Made by a program: the position numbers and the translations under genes
From: Catajapyx aquilonaris
Taxonomy: Eukaryota
Direction of reading: 5' to 3'
NCBI GenBank assembly: GCA_000934665.2
Contig: KZ537969.1
Coordinates: 124,001 to 188,000 of the forward strand
DNA length: 64,000 nucleotides
Shown: one piece after another, positions 63,604 through 64,000 of the stretch
Layout: the number at the start of each line of letters is the position of its first letter
Numbering within the stretch: position 1 is the first letter of the stretch
The notes under the pieces: model-generated
What the model was told of the DNA's origin: nothing
What the model saw: the letters and a program-made list of their open reading frames with translations, nothing else
Databases searched by the model: none

Positions 63604-64000
63604 GTTTGATTCTCAAATAATTGTTAAATAAAGTACTCATCAAAATGAAACTGATAATAAACTGTGAATCAAGGCATAATAAAATAATTGCAAATGCAGG
63701 TAACGTGACTTCATGGTAAATGCACTCCTCAGTATGAGCACTCGAGTCGAGTATGGTATTCCTGCAGGCAAATGTGGGCAGGGAAAAAGCTGTCTGCACA
63801 TTTACACATCAATTTCCTCTAATGTTATCTGTTGCTAAAAATTATGAGCAATCAGTCTAATTTAGACTAGAGTCACATTAGCAAGTTGTAGTGTAATATT
63901 TTACATATTTTAAAATGACCCCCCTGTAAATGCCAGTTTATAAATTTAATACTGGTATGATCGGCTACCCATCAAGTCATACTCGTGACCATTTGATAAT

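Noticed and set aside
1..64000. CRISPR arrays or prokaryotic operons
   Set aside because: No repeat-spacer arrays; genes are spliceosomal and eukaryotic

Overview
Eukaryotic, intron-rich invertebrate DNA that looks arthropod-like (inscuteable, a divergent ionotropic receptor, arthropod-type snRNA starts). From left to right: (1) the 3' exons of an unidentified gene; (2) a ~2.9 kb imperfect palindrome arranged 5S rRNA(-), 5S variant(+), shared snRNA promoter, U5(+) ... U1(-), same promoter, mini-5S(-), 5S rRNA(+); (3) a cluster of Tc1-like transposase genes carrying two spliceosomal introns at conserved positions, one copy with an intact 340-aa spliced ORF, plus a nested deleted Tc1 element; (4) a C2H2 zinc-finger gene head-to-head with MITD1; (5) MITEs; (6) inscuteable on the minus strand with a long repeat-rich 5' region; (7) an intronless divergent ionotropic receptor followed by a collapsed tandem duplicate; (8) an 11-exon NRPS-like A-T-R-R gene with the architecture of fungal glycine betaine reductase ATRR; (9) the 3' end of an ING-family PHD gene. 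Exon boundaries were read by eye from GT/AG sites and frame continuity. Family calls come from recognised motifs, not database searches.
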